64,000 nucleotides of DNA from an uncultured delta proteobacterium. Lineage in GTDB: Bacteria > Myxococcota_A > UBA9160 > SZUA-336. Positions 41,855-54,232 of the stretch are shown here, piece after piece. Positions within the stretch are counted from its first letter, which is position 1. Every line of letters starts with the position of its first letter. The stretch covers positions 384,001 to 448,000 of the forward strand of contig CAVPHD010000003.1 in NCBI GenBank assembly GCA_963704165.1. The letters are read 5' to 3'. The position numbers were made by a program, and so were the translations under genes. The notes under the pieces are model-generated. The model ran no database searches, had not been told where the DNA came from, and saw only the letters and a list, made by a program, of their open reading frames with translations.

Positions 41855-42002
41855 CCATCCTCCTCTGGAGTCCTCTGGCCGAAAGACCCGAGTCGCCGCC
41901 GACGAGCGCTGCGATCGGGGTGATCAGCCTCGCGCCAACGGTGAATGTGACACAGCGGCCCAGATCCGGCACTTCTGTACGGAACGCGTGCCGCCGAGCG
42001 GC

Positions 42003-42018
42003 TGGCACGCGCAATGCT
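42003..42018 (+). promoter_or_regulatory. sigma54 (-24/-12) promoter
   Basis: TGGCACGCGCAATGCT, about 35 nt upstream of ATG 42053. Confidence 0.7.
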
Positions 42019-42052
42019 ATTCACTCTGAGAGAGACACGAGGAGAGACGGCC

Positions 42053-42316
42053 ATGACGGAGAACCGACGCGCGTTCGAAGACGAGATCGAGACCCTGAAG
42101 ACGCTTCGCGACGAGCTTCGCGTGCAGCTCAATCTGGCGGGCAAGGATGCGCGCGATCGGTTCGCGGAGGCCGAGGCGAGCTGGCAGAAGCTCGAAGGCC
42201 GCATCGAGCACGCGGGAAAGGAGTCGCGCGATGCGCTGCGCGACGTCGGCGAAGCGGCCCGACTCCTGGTCGACGAGATCAAGGAGGCGTACCGCCACAT
42301 TCGCAAGCTACTCTGA
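42053..42316 (+). CDS. Small helical hypothetical protein (87 aa)
   Basis: GAGGAG RBS; LKTLRDELRVQLNLAGKDARD..W..LE coiled-coil pattern. Confidence 0.75.
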   Translation: MTENRRAFEDEIETLKTLRDELRVQLNLAGKDARDRFAEAEASWQKLEGRIEHAGKESRDALRDVGEAARLLVDEIKEAYRHIRKLL

Positions 42317-42320
42317 TCGG

Positions 42321-43547
42321 GTGTCGCGGGGAAATCGCCGTCGCAATCGTCTGAGCTCCCCGCTCCGTCGCCACGGCCTGGTCCCGCGACCGGCGGCGAT
42401 CGCGGAGTTGATGCGCGACCGCAGCCTGCGCTTCACCGAGGGCAATCGGGTCGATCTGTACGCGACGGGACGCGAAGGCCTGGCGGCGATGCTCTCTGCG
42501 ATCGAGGGCGCTCGTAGGCGGGTCCATCTCGAGACCTACCTCCTTCGGGCCGATGCGACCGGCCGGAGCTTCCTCGACGCGCTCGAGAGCCGAGCCCGTG
42601 CCGGTGTCGAGGTGCGCGTGCTCTACGACGGCTTCGGCTCCTTCGGACTCGACGAGCGCGCGCTCGACCGGGTTCGAACGGCGGGGGGCGACGTGGTCGT
42701 GTTCAATCCGCTCGCGCGCATCTGGCCGCGCTTCGCGCCGCGCCGGCGCGATCACCGCAAGATCCTCGTCGTCGATGGTGCCGTCGCCTTCACCGGCGGG
42801 CTGAACATCGGCGACGAGTACGCGCTCGGGCTCTCGGGCGGCACGCGCGGATCCGTCTGGCGGGACGCGCACGTGCGTGTCGAGGGGCCGTGCGTTCGCG
42901 ATCTCGAGGCCGTGTTCCTCGAGAGCTGGTTTCGCGCCGACGGTCCCGCTCTCGCCTGGCACGCGCTGCTCGAGGGCGAGCGTCCGCGCGCGGGCGACGT
43001 GCGCTGTGCCGTGCTCTCGGACGGCCCCGCACACCGTCGGCGACGCATGCGCGAGCTGCTCGCCTCCGCGTTGCGCGAGGCGCAGCACGACGTGCGCCTC
43101 GTCTCGCCCTACTTCGCGCCCGGCCGGCGTTTGCTCGACCTCCTCGGCGAAACGAGCGCGCGCGGCGTTCGCATCGCCCTATTGCTCGCGGGCAACCACA
43201 CCGATCACCCCTCGGTTCGGCGCGCCGCGCACGCCGTGCTTCCGCGCCTGCTCGAATCCGGCGTGCAGGTTCACGAATTCGACGCGGGGATGATGCACGC
43301 GAAGCTCGCCTGCTTCGACGAGAGCTGGGCGATCGTGGGCAGCTCGAACCTCGACCGGCAGAGCTTCGAACACAGCTATGAGGTGAATCTGGTGCTCGAC
43401 GACCCGGGCATCGCAAAGCGGCTCCGCGACCAGATGGACGCCGACCTGTCCGAGGCACGCGTCGTGGACCTGGACTCACTCGCGCGCCGCGGGCTCCTCG
43501 AGCGGCTGCTCGATCGGCTCGCCTCGATCCTGCTTCGCTGGCTCTGA
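42321..43547 (+). CDS. cls: Cardiolipin synthase / phospholipase D family (start uncertain; ATG 42411 alternative)
   Basis: Two HKD motifs, HRKILVVD..GGLNIG and HAKLACFD..GSSNLD; WRDAHV, SPYF. Confidence 0.88.
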   Translation: MSRGNRRRNRLSSPLRRHGLVPRPAAIAELMRDRSLRFTEGNRVDLYATGREGLAAMLSAIEGARRRVHLETYLLRADATGRSFLDALESRARAGVEVRVLYDGFGSFGLDERALDRVRTAGGDVVVFNPLARIWPRFAPRRRDHRKILVVDGAVAFTGGLNIGDEYALGLSGGTRGSVWRDAHVRVEGPCVRDLEAVFLESWFRADGPALAWHALLEGERPRAGDVRCAVLSDGPAHRRRRMRELLASALREAQHDVRLVSPYFAPGRRLLDLLGETSARGVRIALLLAGNHTDHPSVRRAAHAVLPRLLESGVQVHEFDAGMMHAKLACFDESWAIVGSSNLDRQSFEHSYEVNLVLDDPGIAKRLRDQMDADLSEARVVDLDSLARRGLLERLLDRLASILLRWL

Positions 43548-43614
43548 GTGAGAGCGGGCGCGGTGTTTGCTATCGATCGAGGTGACCGGGAATCGACACG
43601 CACTGGAGGGATGG

Positions 43615-44061
43615 ATGAGATCGCGCATCATCGGGGCCGCAGTCGTCGCGCTTCTGTCACTCGCGTCGCAGCCGGCCGAGGCCGGTCCGCCGTCTGGAGA
43701 GGTCGCCGCGGCCTGCTCCCGAATCAGTCCGAGCATGCAGAGCGCGGTGCTCGAAGCAGTGATCTACGGCGGCGGACCGCTCGCCGTCGACGTCGCCGGC
43801 TGGATGTGCGGACGCGCCCGCTCGGGTCCGTTCGTGCGCATCATCATGCTTCGCTACCCGACGCGTGACGACCAGGGCCGGCCGACCGGTGGCGGCGAGC
43901 TCGTGCCGGTGGTCTTCGAGGACGGCCGACTCGTCGCGCACGGCTGGGCCTTGCTCGAGGACCAACCCGACCGCTACGGCGTCGTCCTTCCCACGCGAGC
44001 GGATCCCTGGCGGGCACCCGACGGCTGGGCGCTCTTGAAGGCCGAGCGCGAGCTGGCCTGA
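43615..44061 (+). CDS. Hypothetical secreted protein
   Basis: GGAGG RBS, signal peptide, ..LVPVVFEDGRLVAHGW. Confidence 0.55.
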   Translation: MRSRIIGAAVVALLSLASQPAEAGPPSGEVAAACSRISPSMQSAVLEAVIYGGGPLAVDVAGWMCGRARSGPFVRIIMLRYPTRDDQGRPTGGGELVPVVFEDGRLVAHGWALLEDQPDRYGVVLPTRADPWRAPDGWALLKAERELA

Positions 44062-44070
44062 TCCGAGCGC

Positions 44071-44995
44071 CTAGCGAACCAGGCGGCGCCGGATCTCGGC
44101 GACCGCGTCGATCGAGCGCTCGTCGCTCTCGGCGATGCACATGACGTTGAACTCGCGGCAGCCCGCATCGACGTAGGGCGCGAGGAAGTCGGCGATCTCG
44201 GCCGCGCTTCCCGCAGGGCTGTAGCGCTCGAAGCGGGCGAACGGCGTGCGGTACATCTCCTCCATCGCCGACGCGAGACGCGCACGCGCAAGATCGCGGT
44301 CCGGATCGCAGGCGGTCCAGACCTGTAGACCGTGGCGCCACTCGACGTTCTTCCGACCGAATTCCGCGGCGACCGCGGCCGTCTCGCCGCACCACCTCGG
44401 CGTAGCGCTTCGGCGAGCACCACACGCCCAGCCAGCCGTCGCCGAATCGCCCGGCGCGGCGCACGGCCGCGCTCGAACGCCCGCCGATCGTGATCGGCAC
44501 CCGCGGCCTCGGCGCAGGCCGAATCCACGCGTCGTCGATGGAGAAGAACTCGCCCCGGTGAGTCACTCGCGCTCGCCCGCGAGCAGCGGAAGCAGCACCT
44601 CGAGCGACTCGTCGGTGCGCCGGCCGCGCGTCGCCGGATCGACGCCGCAGATCTCGATCTCGTGCCGGTCTTCGCCACCGATGCCGACGCCGAAGCTGAG
44701 CCGGCCCGGGGCCGCCTCGCACAGGCTCGCGATCTGGCGCGCAACGGGTACCGGGTGCCGCAGCGCCAAGCAGGTACACCCCGACGTAGACCCGAAGCTG
44801 CGGGTGCGAGGCGAGTAGCGTGGCGGCGTTCACGAGTCCGTCCATGCCGCGCCCGTCGAAGAAGCTCACGTGGTCGGCGAGAAACAAGTGGTCGAGGCCC
44901 GCGTCGGCCGCGCGGGCGAGCAGCGCCTGCCTCTCGGCCACGGCGCTCCCGAGCATGTGCGGGCTGCCGAGCGTGCCGACGCGGAGCTCCGACAT
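44071..44995 (-). CDS. LLM class flavin-dependent oxidoreductase, frameshifted
   Basis: ADHVSF..; LRHPVPVARQ..GRL.FGVGIGG..RGRRTDE; ITIGGRS..RRAGRFGDGW; frame changes near 44770, 44570, 44395 and 44300. Confidence 0.8.
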
Positions 44996-45171
44996 GCTGA
45001 CTCTCCTTCCCCGGCGTGGCTGGCCGGCAATCTACACGAACTCGCGTTCTTCGGGCCGAGGCGGCGGCAAGCGCCACGCAAGGCGCCGGCAGCATCGTCC
45101 GGGAGATTTCCTCGACTCCGACGAACTTCCACTCGAGACCCCGCGAGACGATCGTTCTGCGAGTCTCGGGC

Positions 45172-45187
45172 AGGTACGCGCGTTGCA
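45172..45187 (+). promoter_or_regulatory. sigma54 (-24/-12) promoter
   Basis: AGGTACGCGCGTTGCA upstream of a PEP-CTERM gene; core identical to 55896-55911. Confidence 0.7.
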
Positions 45188-45219
45188 CGAGCTCCGCCCA
45201 CCTGAAACAGGAGCGGCAC

Positions 45220-45924
45220 ATGCGGATGGTCACGTGGGTGAGGAATCTCGGGCTCGGCTGCGCGGTCGCCGGAATCGTCGGTCTTGCGACGGCCGATGCC
45301 GACGCGGCTTCGATGACCGTGAATGGCTGGACGCTCGGCGAGCGGATCAACGTGCAGAGCGCGAGCCGCACGGGCTGGGTGAACACCGCCGAGCTCGACG
45401 TCATCTACGACGGACGTGGCGGTTTCAGCTACTGCGTCGACCTCGCGCAGAACATCGGCGCGGGGACTTCGAGCGGCTGGGTCACGCGTTCGGCCGATCT
45501 GGATCCGGGCGTGCTTCGCGCCGCCTGGTTGATCGAGTTCGCGCGGCCGCAGTTCGACGCGATCCTCGCGCCCGATTCCGATGCGCAGGCGTGGGGCGTG
45601 ACGCGATCGATCGCGATCGCCGGTCTGCAGGCCGCGATCTGGGAGGTGCTCGCAGACGCCCCCGGTTCGTACGATCTCGAGAGCGGCGGGTTCTCGATTC
45701 GCGCCGGCGGCGCGAGCACGGGCGTGCTGAACCTCGCACGTGGCTTCCTCGCCGATCTCGAGTCACGGGGACTGGACGAATTCGAGACCCGGGCGACCTG
45801 GGCGTATCACGCGAGCCGCCAGGACCAGCTCGTATCGGCTCCGATTCCCGAACCGAGCTCGCTCGCCCTGTTCATCGTGGGCGGAGGGTTGGTGAGCTTC
45901 GCCGCCGCGCGAAAGCGCGCGTAG
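45220..45924 (+). CDS. PEP-CTERM protein with thioester-domain (TED)-like motifs
   Basis: AGGAG RBS, signal peptide, FSYCVD, LQAAIWE, RQDQLV, then IPEPSS-TM-RKRA. Confidence 0.8.
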   Translation: MRMVTWVRNLGLGCAVAGIVGLATADADAASMTVNGWTLGERINVQSASRTGWVNTAELDVIYDGRGGFSYCVDLAQNIGAGTSSGWVTRSADLDPGVLRAAWLIEFARPQFDAILAPDSDAQAWGVTRSIAIAGLQAAIWEVLADAPGSYDLESGGFSIRAGGASTGVLNLARGFLADLESRGLDEFETRATWAYHASRQDQLVSAPIPEPSSLALFIVGGGLVSFAAARKRA

Positions 45925-45928
45925 CCGG

Positions 45929-46576
45929 CTACCCACGCGCGTTCTCGCGCCCGCGAACGACGCGCTCCTCCGGTGCGCGCGAGTTCCGCCCGGGCGTTCG
46001 GGCCCTCAGCGTGAAGCCGAATCGGCCCTCGAAGGTCTCCACGAGCTCGAAGCCTGCCGACACCAAGAGCCGCGTCGCGTCCTGCTGCGACAGCGCATCG
46101 GGATCGCCGATGGTCTCGGTGATCGAGAGCAGCCCGCCGGGACGCAGCACGCGGTGCAGTGACGCAACGCAGCTCGCGGGCTCCGGAACCTCTCCGAGCA
46201 CGGCGACGAGAAACGCGACGTCGAAGACGCCGCTGCGAAACGGAAGCCGCGAACCGTCTCCCTGCACGAAGCTCGCGTTCGCGGTGCCGGCACGTGCGAG
46301 CCTGCTTCTCGCTTTGCCGAGCATCTCGCGCTGCAGGTCGTAGAGGACGAGGGCTCCCTCCGGGATCGCGCGCGCGACTTCGACGCTGAAGTAGCCGGGT
46401 CCCGGGCCGAGCTCGAGCACGCGGAAATCCCGCCGCAGATCGAGTCGTCGGACGAACTCGCGCTTGGGCTGAATCAGCCGGCGCAGCGGGTTCAGGAGCA
46501 GAAAGGCCAGCTCGTGCGGATACGCGCCGCGCCCGGAGAAGCGGCGCCAGACATCCCGCCAGCGAGACATCGTCAT
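45929..46576 (-). CDS. Class I SAM-dependent methyltransferase
   Basis: VLELGPGPG, DLQREML, GDGSRLPF..FD, RVLRPGG. Confidence 0.88.
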   Translation of the reverse strand: MTMSRWRDVWRRFSGRGAYPHELAFLLLNPLRRLIQPKREFVRRLDLRRDFRVLELGPGPGYFSVEVARAIPEGALVLYDLQREMLGKARSRLARAGTANASFVQGDGSRLPFRSGVFDVAFLVAVLGEVPEPASCVASLHRVLRPGGLLSITETIGDPDALSQQDATRLLVSAGFELVETFEGRFGFTLRARTPGRNSRAPEERVVRGRENARG

Positions 46577-46623
46577 TCGGTTCACTCTAGCCGTATGCGC
46601 CGCACGTCGGTACACACAGGTTC

Positions 46624-49374
<2,751 letters not shown>

Positions 49375-49378
<4 letters not shown>

Positions 49379-50370
49379 TGTACGTGCTCGGATTTCTGCT
49401 GAGTGGGCTCGTGGTGGTGCTCGCGGGCACCGCACTCGTACGCTACGCGGACGCGATCGCCGAGAGGACGGGGCTCGGCCGCTTGTGGATCGGGTCGGTG
49501 CTCCTCGCGGCGGCGACGTCGTTGCCCGAGCTGACGACGGACGTCGTCGCGGTGCGGATCGGCGCAACCGACCTTGCGGTGGGAGACCTGCTCGGCTCGA
49601 GCCTGGCCAACATGCTCATCCTCGCCGTGATCGATCAACTGCCTCCGCGGCGCAGCGTGTTGCGACAGGTGGCGCTCGACCACGCGCTCGCCGCGAGTCT
49701 GGCGATCGCGCTCAACGCGCTTGCGGCGGTGCTGATTCTCTTTCGTCCCCAGGCCACGTTTCTGTCGATGTCGCCCGGCTCGATCCTGCTCTTTCTCGGC
49801 TACGTGGCCGGGACCCGCGCGCTCTATCGTCAGACCCTGCGTGAAGGACCGGTGGCGACACCGGTTCATGTCGCCGCGCACGCGGAACCGCCGCCTCTGA
49901 CCGTTGCGCTGCGCAGGTTCGCGCTGGCGGCGCTGCTCGTTCTGCTGGCGGCGCCCGCGTTCGCCTGGTCGGCGCGAGGCGTCGCCGAGATCAGCGGCCT
50001 CGGAAACACGTTCGTCGGCACGGCTCTCCTCGGTCTCGCGACCTCGCTTCCCGAGCTCGTGGCTTGCCTCGCCGCGGTCCGAATGGGAGCCTTCGATCTC
50101 GCGGTCGGCAACCTGTTCGGCTCCAACGCGATCAACATGGCGATCTTCCTGCCGCTCGATCTCGCGCAACCCGGGAGCTTGTTCGCCGCTCTCGATCCGG
50201 GCCACGCGCTCTCGGGTCTCTTCGCCGTGGTGCTCATGAGCCTCGGCCTCGCAGCGATCGTCTATCGGGCGAAGCGCCGCTTCGCGATGCTCGAGCCCGA
50301 CAGTCTGCTCATGGTCGTCGTCTATGGCTGCGCGTTGTGGCTGCTCTTCCGGCACTCGGCTGGATCGTAG
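49375..50370 (+). CDS. Sodium:calcium antiporter (YrbG/CaCA family)
   Basis: Two alpha repeats, AATSLPEL..GSSLANM and ATSLPEL..GNLFGSN. Confidence 0.9.
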
Positions 50371-50382
50371 GGGGGAGTCCCG

Positions 50383-51195
50383 GTGAACCAGTCCGCGAGC
50401 GGATCGACGAGGCGAGCCGACGCGTATTCGCCGTCCGAGATCGCAACTCGAGTTCGCGACGTCGGCGTGGAGAAGCTGCGGCGGGATGCGAGCGGCATGT
50501 TCGCGCTCGCGGTGCTCGCGGGAGCGTTCATCGGCCTGGGTGCGCTGCTCTACACCGTCGCGATCACCGGCAGCACGCTCGGCTTCGGTGCGACGCGATT
50601 CCTCGGTGGCATCGGATTCAGCCTCGGCCTGATCCTCGTCGTCGTCGCGGGCGCAGAGCTCTTCACGGGAAACAATCTCGTCGCGATGGCGTGGGCGTCG
50701 AAGCTCGTGACGTTTCGCGAGGTGCTGCGCGGTTGGGCGATCGTCTATGTCGGGAATCTGGTCGGCGCGCTCGCGACCGTGGTGCTGGTCGTCCTCGGTC
50801 GCGTCCACGAGTTCGGCGGCGGCGCCGTCGGCGAGACGGTCGGCCGGATCGCCTCGCACAAGCTCTCCCTCGACACCGTACAGGCGTTCGCGCTCGGCGT
50901 GCTGTGCAACGCCTTGGTCTGCCTGGCGATCTGGATGGCGCTGGCCGCGCGAAGCGTGACCGACAAGGTCCTCGTGATCGTGTTTCCGATCACGGGGTTC
51001 GTCGCGATCGGCTTCGAGCACAGCGTCGCGAACATGTTCCTGCTGCCATGGGCGCTCGCGATCGAGGGCTTCGATCCGAGCGCGTGCGTCGCCGCGATCT
51101 CGAACATCGCCGTCGTCACGCTCGGAAACCTCGTGGGCGGAACGCTGCTCGTCGCGGGCGTCTACTGGACGATCTACCTGCGACGTCCGGGCTAG
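50383..51195 (+). CDS. Formate/nitrite transporter (FNT)
   Basis: LAGAFIG, GAELFTGN, GNLVG, LCNALVC, GFEHSVANM, GNLVGG. Confidence 0.92.
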   Translation: MNQSASGSTRRADAYSPSEIATRVRDVGVEKLRRDASGMFALAVLAGAFIGLGALLYTVAITGSTLGFGATRFLGGIGFSLGLILVVVAGAELFTGNNLVAMAWASKLVTFREVLRGWAIVYVGNLVGALATVVLVVLGRVHEFGGGAVGETVGRIASHKLSLDTVQAFALGVLCNALVCLAIWMALAARSVTDKVLVIVFPITGFVAIGFEHSVANMFLLPWALAIEGFDPSACVAAISNIAVVTLGNLVGGTLLVAGVYWTIYLRRPG

Positions 51196-51208
51196 CTCGG
51201 ACCGGACC

Positions 51209-51622
51209 TCACTTCTGCTGGATCGACTTCAGGTACACGACGAGCGCGTTGATCTTGTCACGCGTCTCCTGCTCCATCGTGCCGCCTGCAGAGGCGACGT
51301 CCATGCCGAACTCCTTTCCCCAGAGCGGCATGTTGAGCGGACCGTGCGCGCGCAGGCGGCGGCGTCCGTCGATGATCTCGCGGATCTCCGGCTCGGGGAA
51401 CACGCCCTTCCTGCGCGCGGAGATCGTCGTCAGATCCGAGGGCGCGACCTTCAGGTCTTCCGCGAGCACGCCATCGCCCTGACCCTTCATCCCGTGGCAG
51501 TCCAGGCAGAACTGCTCGTACAGGTTGTGACCCCGCTGCGCCGTCGGCGACTCCTGCGCGCTGGCTGCAAACGCCAGTCCGAGGACCGCGGCTCCGACGA
51601 TCAGGCTCGCACTTGCTCTCAC
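51209..51622 (-). CDS. Periplasmic monoheme cytochrome c
   Basis: Signal peptide, CLDCH, AHG..MPLWG (candidate Met ligand); GGAGG RBS within the end of the fdh gene. Confidence 0.85.
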   Translation of the reverse strand: MRASASLIVGAAVLGLAFAASAQESPTAQRGHNLYEQFCLDCHGMKGQGDGVLAEDLKVAPSDLTTISARRKGVFPEPEIREIIDGRRRLRAHGPLNMPLWGKEFGMDVASAGGTMEQETRDKINALVVYLKSIQQK

Positions 51623-51628
51623 GATGTC

Positions 51629-54232
51629 TCACCTCCGAGGTTGTTCCGTTTCGAATACGAGTCGCACCGAGGTTACCTTGTATTCGGGACAGTGGGAAAG
51701 CGGATCGTGCCACGGACCCGTGACGCGGTTCGTGTGCGTCTCGGGGTAGTGGAACGAGAGGAAGAGCGTGCCGGGACGGACTCGCGTCGAGATTCGCACA
51801 CGCGCGTGCAGCTTCCCCCAGCGGCTCTCGAGACCGATCCGATCGCCATCGTCGATGCGCTCTCGGGTCGCGTCGTCGGGGTGGATCTCGAGCTCGTCCT
51901 CGGGCGCGAGCTCGGCGTTCGGAGTTCGCCGCGTCATCGTCCCGACGTTGTACTGCTGCAGGACACGCCCGGTGTTGAGCACGTACGGGTAGCCTTCGAC
52001 GCAGTCCTCGGGACTGGGCACGTATTCGACCGGGGTCAGCGCCGCGTACCCGCGCGCGAAGCCATTCACGTGGACGCGGGTCGAGCCCGGATGCCCCGGC
52101 TCGGGACACGGCCACTGCAACCCGTCGGGCTCGAGGCGTGCGTACGAGACGCCGCCCCAGAGCTTCGGCGCTGCGCGCGCGATCTCGTCCATGACGTCGG
52201 CCGGTGTCGGATAGGACCAACCGCAACCGAGCGCGTTCGCCACGTCGATGACCACCTTCCAGTCGGGCCGCGCATCGCCGGGAGGTGACGCCGCAGCGCG
52301 CACGCGCTGGATACGGCGCTCGGCGTTGGTGAACGTGCCCTCCTGCTCGAAGACGCTCGCGGCCGGTAGCACGAGGTGCGCGAAGGCCTGGGTCTCCGAG
52401 GGGAAGAGCTCCTGGATCACGAGGAAGTCGAGCCGCGCGAGCGCCGCCTCGACGTGGTGCTGGTTCGGATCGCTCTGCGCGATGTCCTCACCCTGGATCC
52501 ACATGCCGCGCAGCGCGCCCGAGCGCGCCGCGTCGAGCATCTCCGGGATCGTCTTTCCGGGCTTCGCTGGCGGCAGCGCGCCCCACAGGGCCTCGAGGTT
52601 CTCCCGCACCGCCGGATCGTCGAGGGGTTGATAGCCGGTGAATCGGTCGGGCATGCCCCCCATGTCGGCGTTGCCCTGCACGTTGTTCTGACCGCGGAGC
52701 GGCATGAGCCCGGCGCCGGGTCGGCCGACGCTTCCCGTGAGCAGCGCCAGGTTGCAGAGCGCGAGCACCGAACCCGTTCCCTGGGTGAGCTCGGAGGTGC
52801 CGAGTCCCGAGACGAAGAGCGTCGGTCCGGCGTCTTCGAGCTCCCGCGCGACGGCCAGGATCTCGTGCTCGGGAACGGCGCAGAGCGCTGCGGCATCGGC
52901 GACGCGGGTGCGCTGCACCTGCTCGACGAGCTCCGCGAATCCGCGTGTGCGTTCGGCGAGGTACGCGCGGTCGATCCGGCCGCGTGAGATCAGGATCTGC
53001 GCGAGCGCGTTCAGAAGCGGCACGTTCGTGCCCGGGCGAAGCTGGACGAAGACGTCGGCGATCGCCGCGAGGTCGGTTCGGCGCGGGTCGAAGACGACCA
53101 GGCGCGCTCCGCGCCGTACGGCCTGCAGGATCCGCGCTCCGATCACGGGATGCGCCTCGGTCGGGTTCGCGCCGATCACGACGATCAGCCTCGCGAGTTC
53201 GATGTCGTCGTAGCAGGCGCTCGAAGCGCCCGTGCCGGTGGCGAGACCGAGCGCGTGCGCCGTCGATGCGTGGCAGACGCGCGCGCAGCAATCGACGTTG
53301 TTGGTCCGGAACCGGCTGCGGAAGAGCTTCTGCAGCAGGTAGGCGGCCTCGTTCGTCGAGCGCGACGACGTCAGCACCGCGAGCGAATCGGCGCCGTGCG
53401 CGAGGTGGATCTCGTCGAGCCGACGCGCGGCGAACGCGATCGCTTCGTCCCAACGGACGGGCACGAGCTTGCCGTCCTTGCGCAGGAGCGGCTGCGTGAG
53501 GCGGTCGGGGCTCTCCCTCCAGCCGTGCGCGTATCGACCCTTCGCGCAGAGGTGCCCGCGATTGACCGCCGCGTTCGCGACACCTCGGATGCGGCGCAAA
53601 GTGGTCGCGTCCGACTCGATCTCGACCTGACAGCCGACGCCGCAGTACCCGCACGTCGAGCGCGTGGTCCGCAGCTCGCCTTCCGGCGACGCCCGCTCGC
53701 CATCGACGTCCTCGAGCGCGCCGGTCGGGCAGACCTCGACGCAGGCGCCGCAGGACGTGCACGGACTCGTCGCGAAGCGATCCTCGCTTCCGAAGATCAG
53801 CCGGGTCTGGCTCCCGCGCCCGGCGACGTCGAAGACGAACTGGCCCTGCACGTCCTCGCAGACGTGCAGGCACTTCCGGCAGATCACGCAGCGCTGCGGG
53901 TCGAAGCGCAGGTACGGGTGACGGACCTCGCGCGGGCCGCTCGGCCGTCCCACATCGGCGAGCGCGCGGACGCTCGAGCGCAGCGCCTCGAGCGCTGGTG
54001 TCGACGTGCGCACGTCCATGCCGTCACGAACGGGTGTATGGCAGGCGGCGAGCGGCCTTCGCGCGCCTTCGACCTCGACGAGGCAGACGCGGCAGCCGCC
54101 GTCGGGCGGGTGACCGGGAATGTGGCAGACGGTCGGAATCTCGATGCCGAGCCGCGCGGCCGCGTCGAGCAGCGTCTCTCCCGGGACGAGTTCGAGCTCG
54201 CGTCCATCGATGCGTGCGCGCCCCCCGCTCAT
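51629..54232 (-). CDS. fdhF: Formate dehydrogenase alpha subunit (Mo/W-bisPGD, Cys form) with N-terminal 2Fe-2S and 2x4Fe-4S
   Basis: IPTVC..GGCRVCLVE..AAC; CVICRKC, CTSCGACVEVCP; CGYCGVGC..LCAKG; NNVDCCARVCHAST; PLRGQNNVQG; GTFTNAERR; PEYK. Confidence 0.92.
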   Translation of the reverse strand: MSGGRARIDGRELELVPGETLLDAAARLGIEIPTVCHIPGHPPDGGCRVCLVEVEGARRPLAACHTPVRDGMDVRTSTPALEALRSSVRALADVGRPSGPREVRHPYLRFDPQRCVICRKCLHVCEDVQGQFVFDVAGRGSQTRLIFGSEDRFATSPCTSCGACVEVCPTGALEDVDGERASPEGELRTTRSTCGYCGVGCQVEIESDATTLRRIRGVANAAVNRGHLCAKGRYAHGWRESPDRLTQPLLRKDGKLVPVRWDEAIAFAARRLDEIHLAHGADSLAVLTSSRSTNEAAYLLQKLFRSRFRTNNVDCCARVCHASTAHALGLATGTGASSACYDDIELARLIVVIGANPTEAHPVIGARILQAVRRGARLVVFDPRRTDLAAIADVFVQLRPGTNVPLLNALAQILISRGRIDRAYLAERTRGFAELVEQVQRTRVADAAALCAVPEHEILAVARELEDAGPTLFVSGLGTSELTQGTGSVLALCNLALLTGSVGRPGAGLMPLRGQNNVQGNADMGGMPDRFTGYQPLDDPAVRENLEALWGALPPAKPGKTIPEMLDAARSGALRGMWIQGEDIAQSDPNQHHVEAALARLDFLVIQELFPSETQAFAHLVLPAASVFEQEGTFTNAERRIQRVRAAASPPGDARPDWKVVIDVANALGCGWSYPTPADVMDEIARAAPKLWGGVSYARLEPDGLQWPCPEPGHPGSTRVHVNGFARGYAALTPVEYVPSPEDCVEGYPYVLNTGRVLQQYNVGTMTRRTPNAELAPEDELEIHPDDATRERIDDGDRIGLESRWGKLHARVRISTRVRPGTLFLSFHYPETHTNRVTGPWHDPLSHCPEYKVTSVRLVFETEQPRR

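Noticed and set aside
51629..54232. Selenocysteine-containing FDH
   Set aside because: The catalytic codon is TGC and the ORF has no in-frame TGA.
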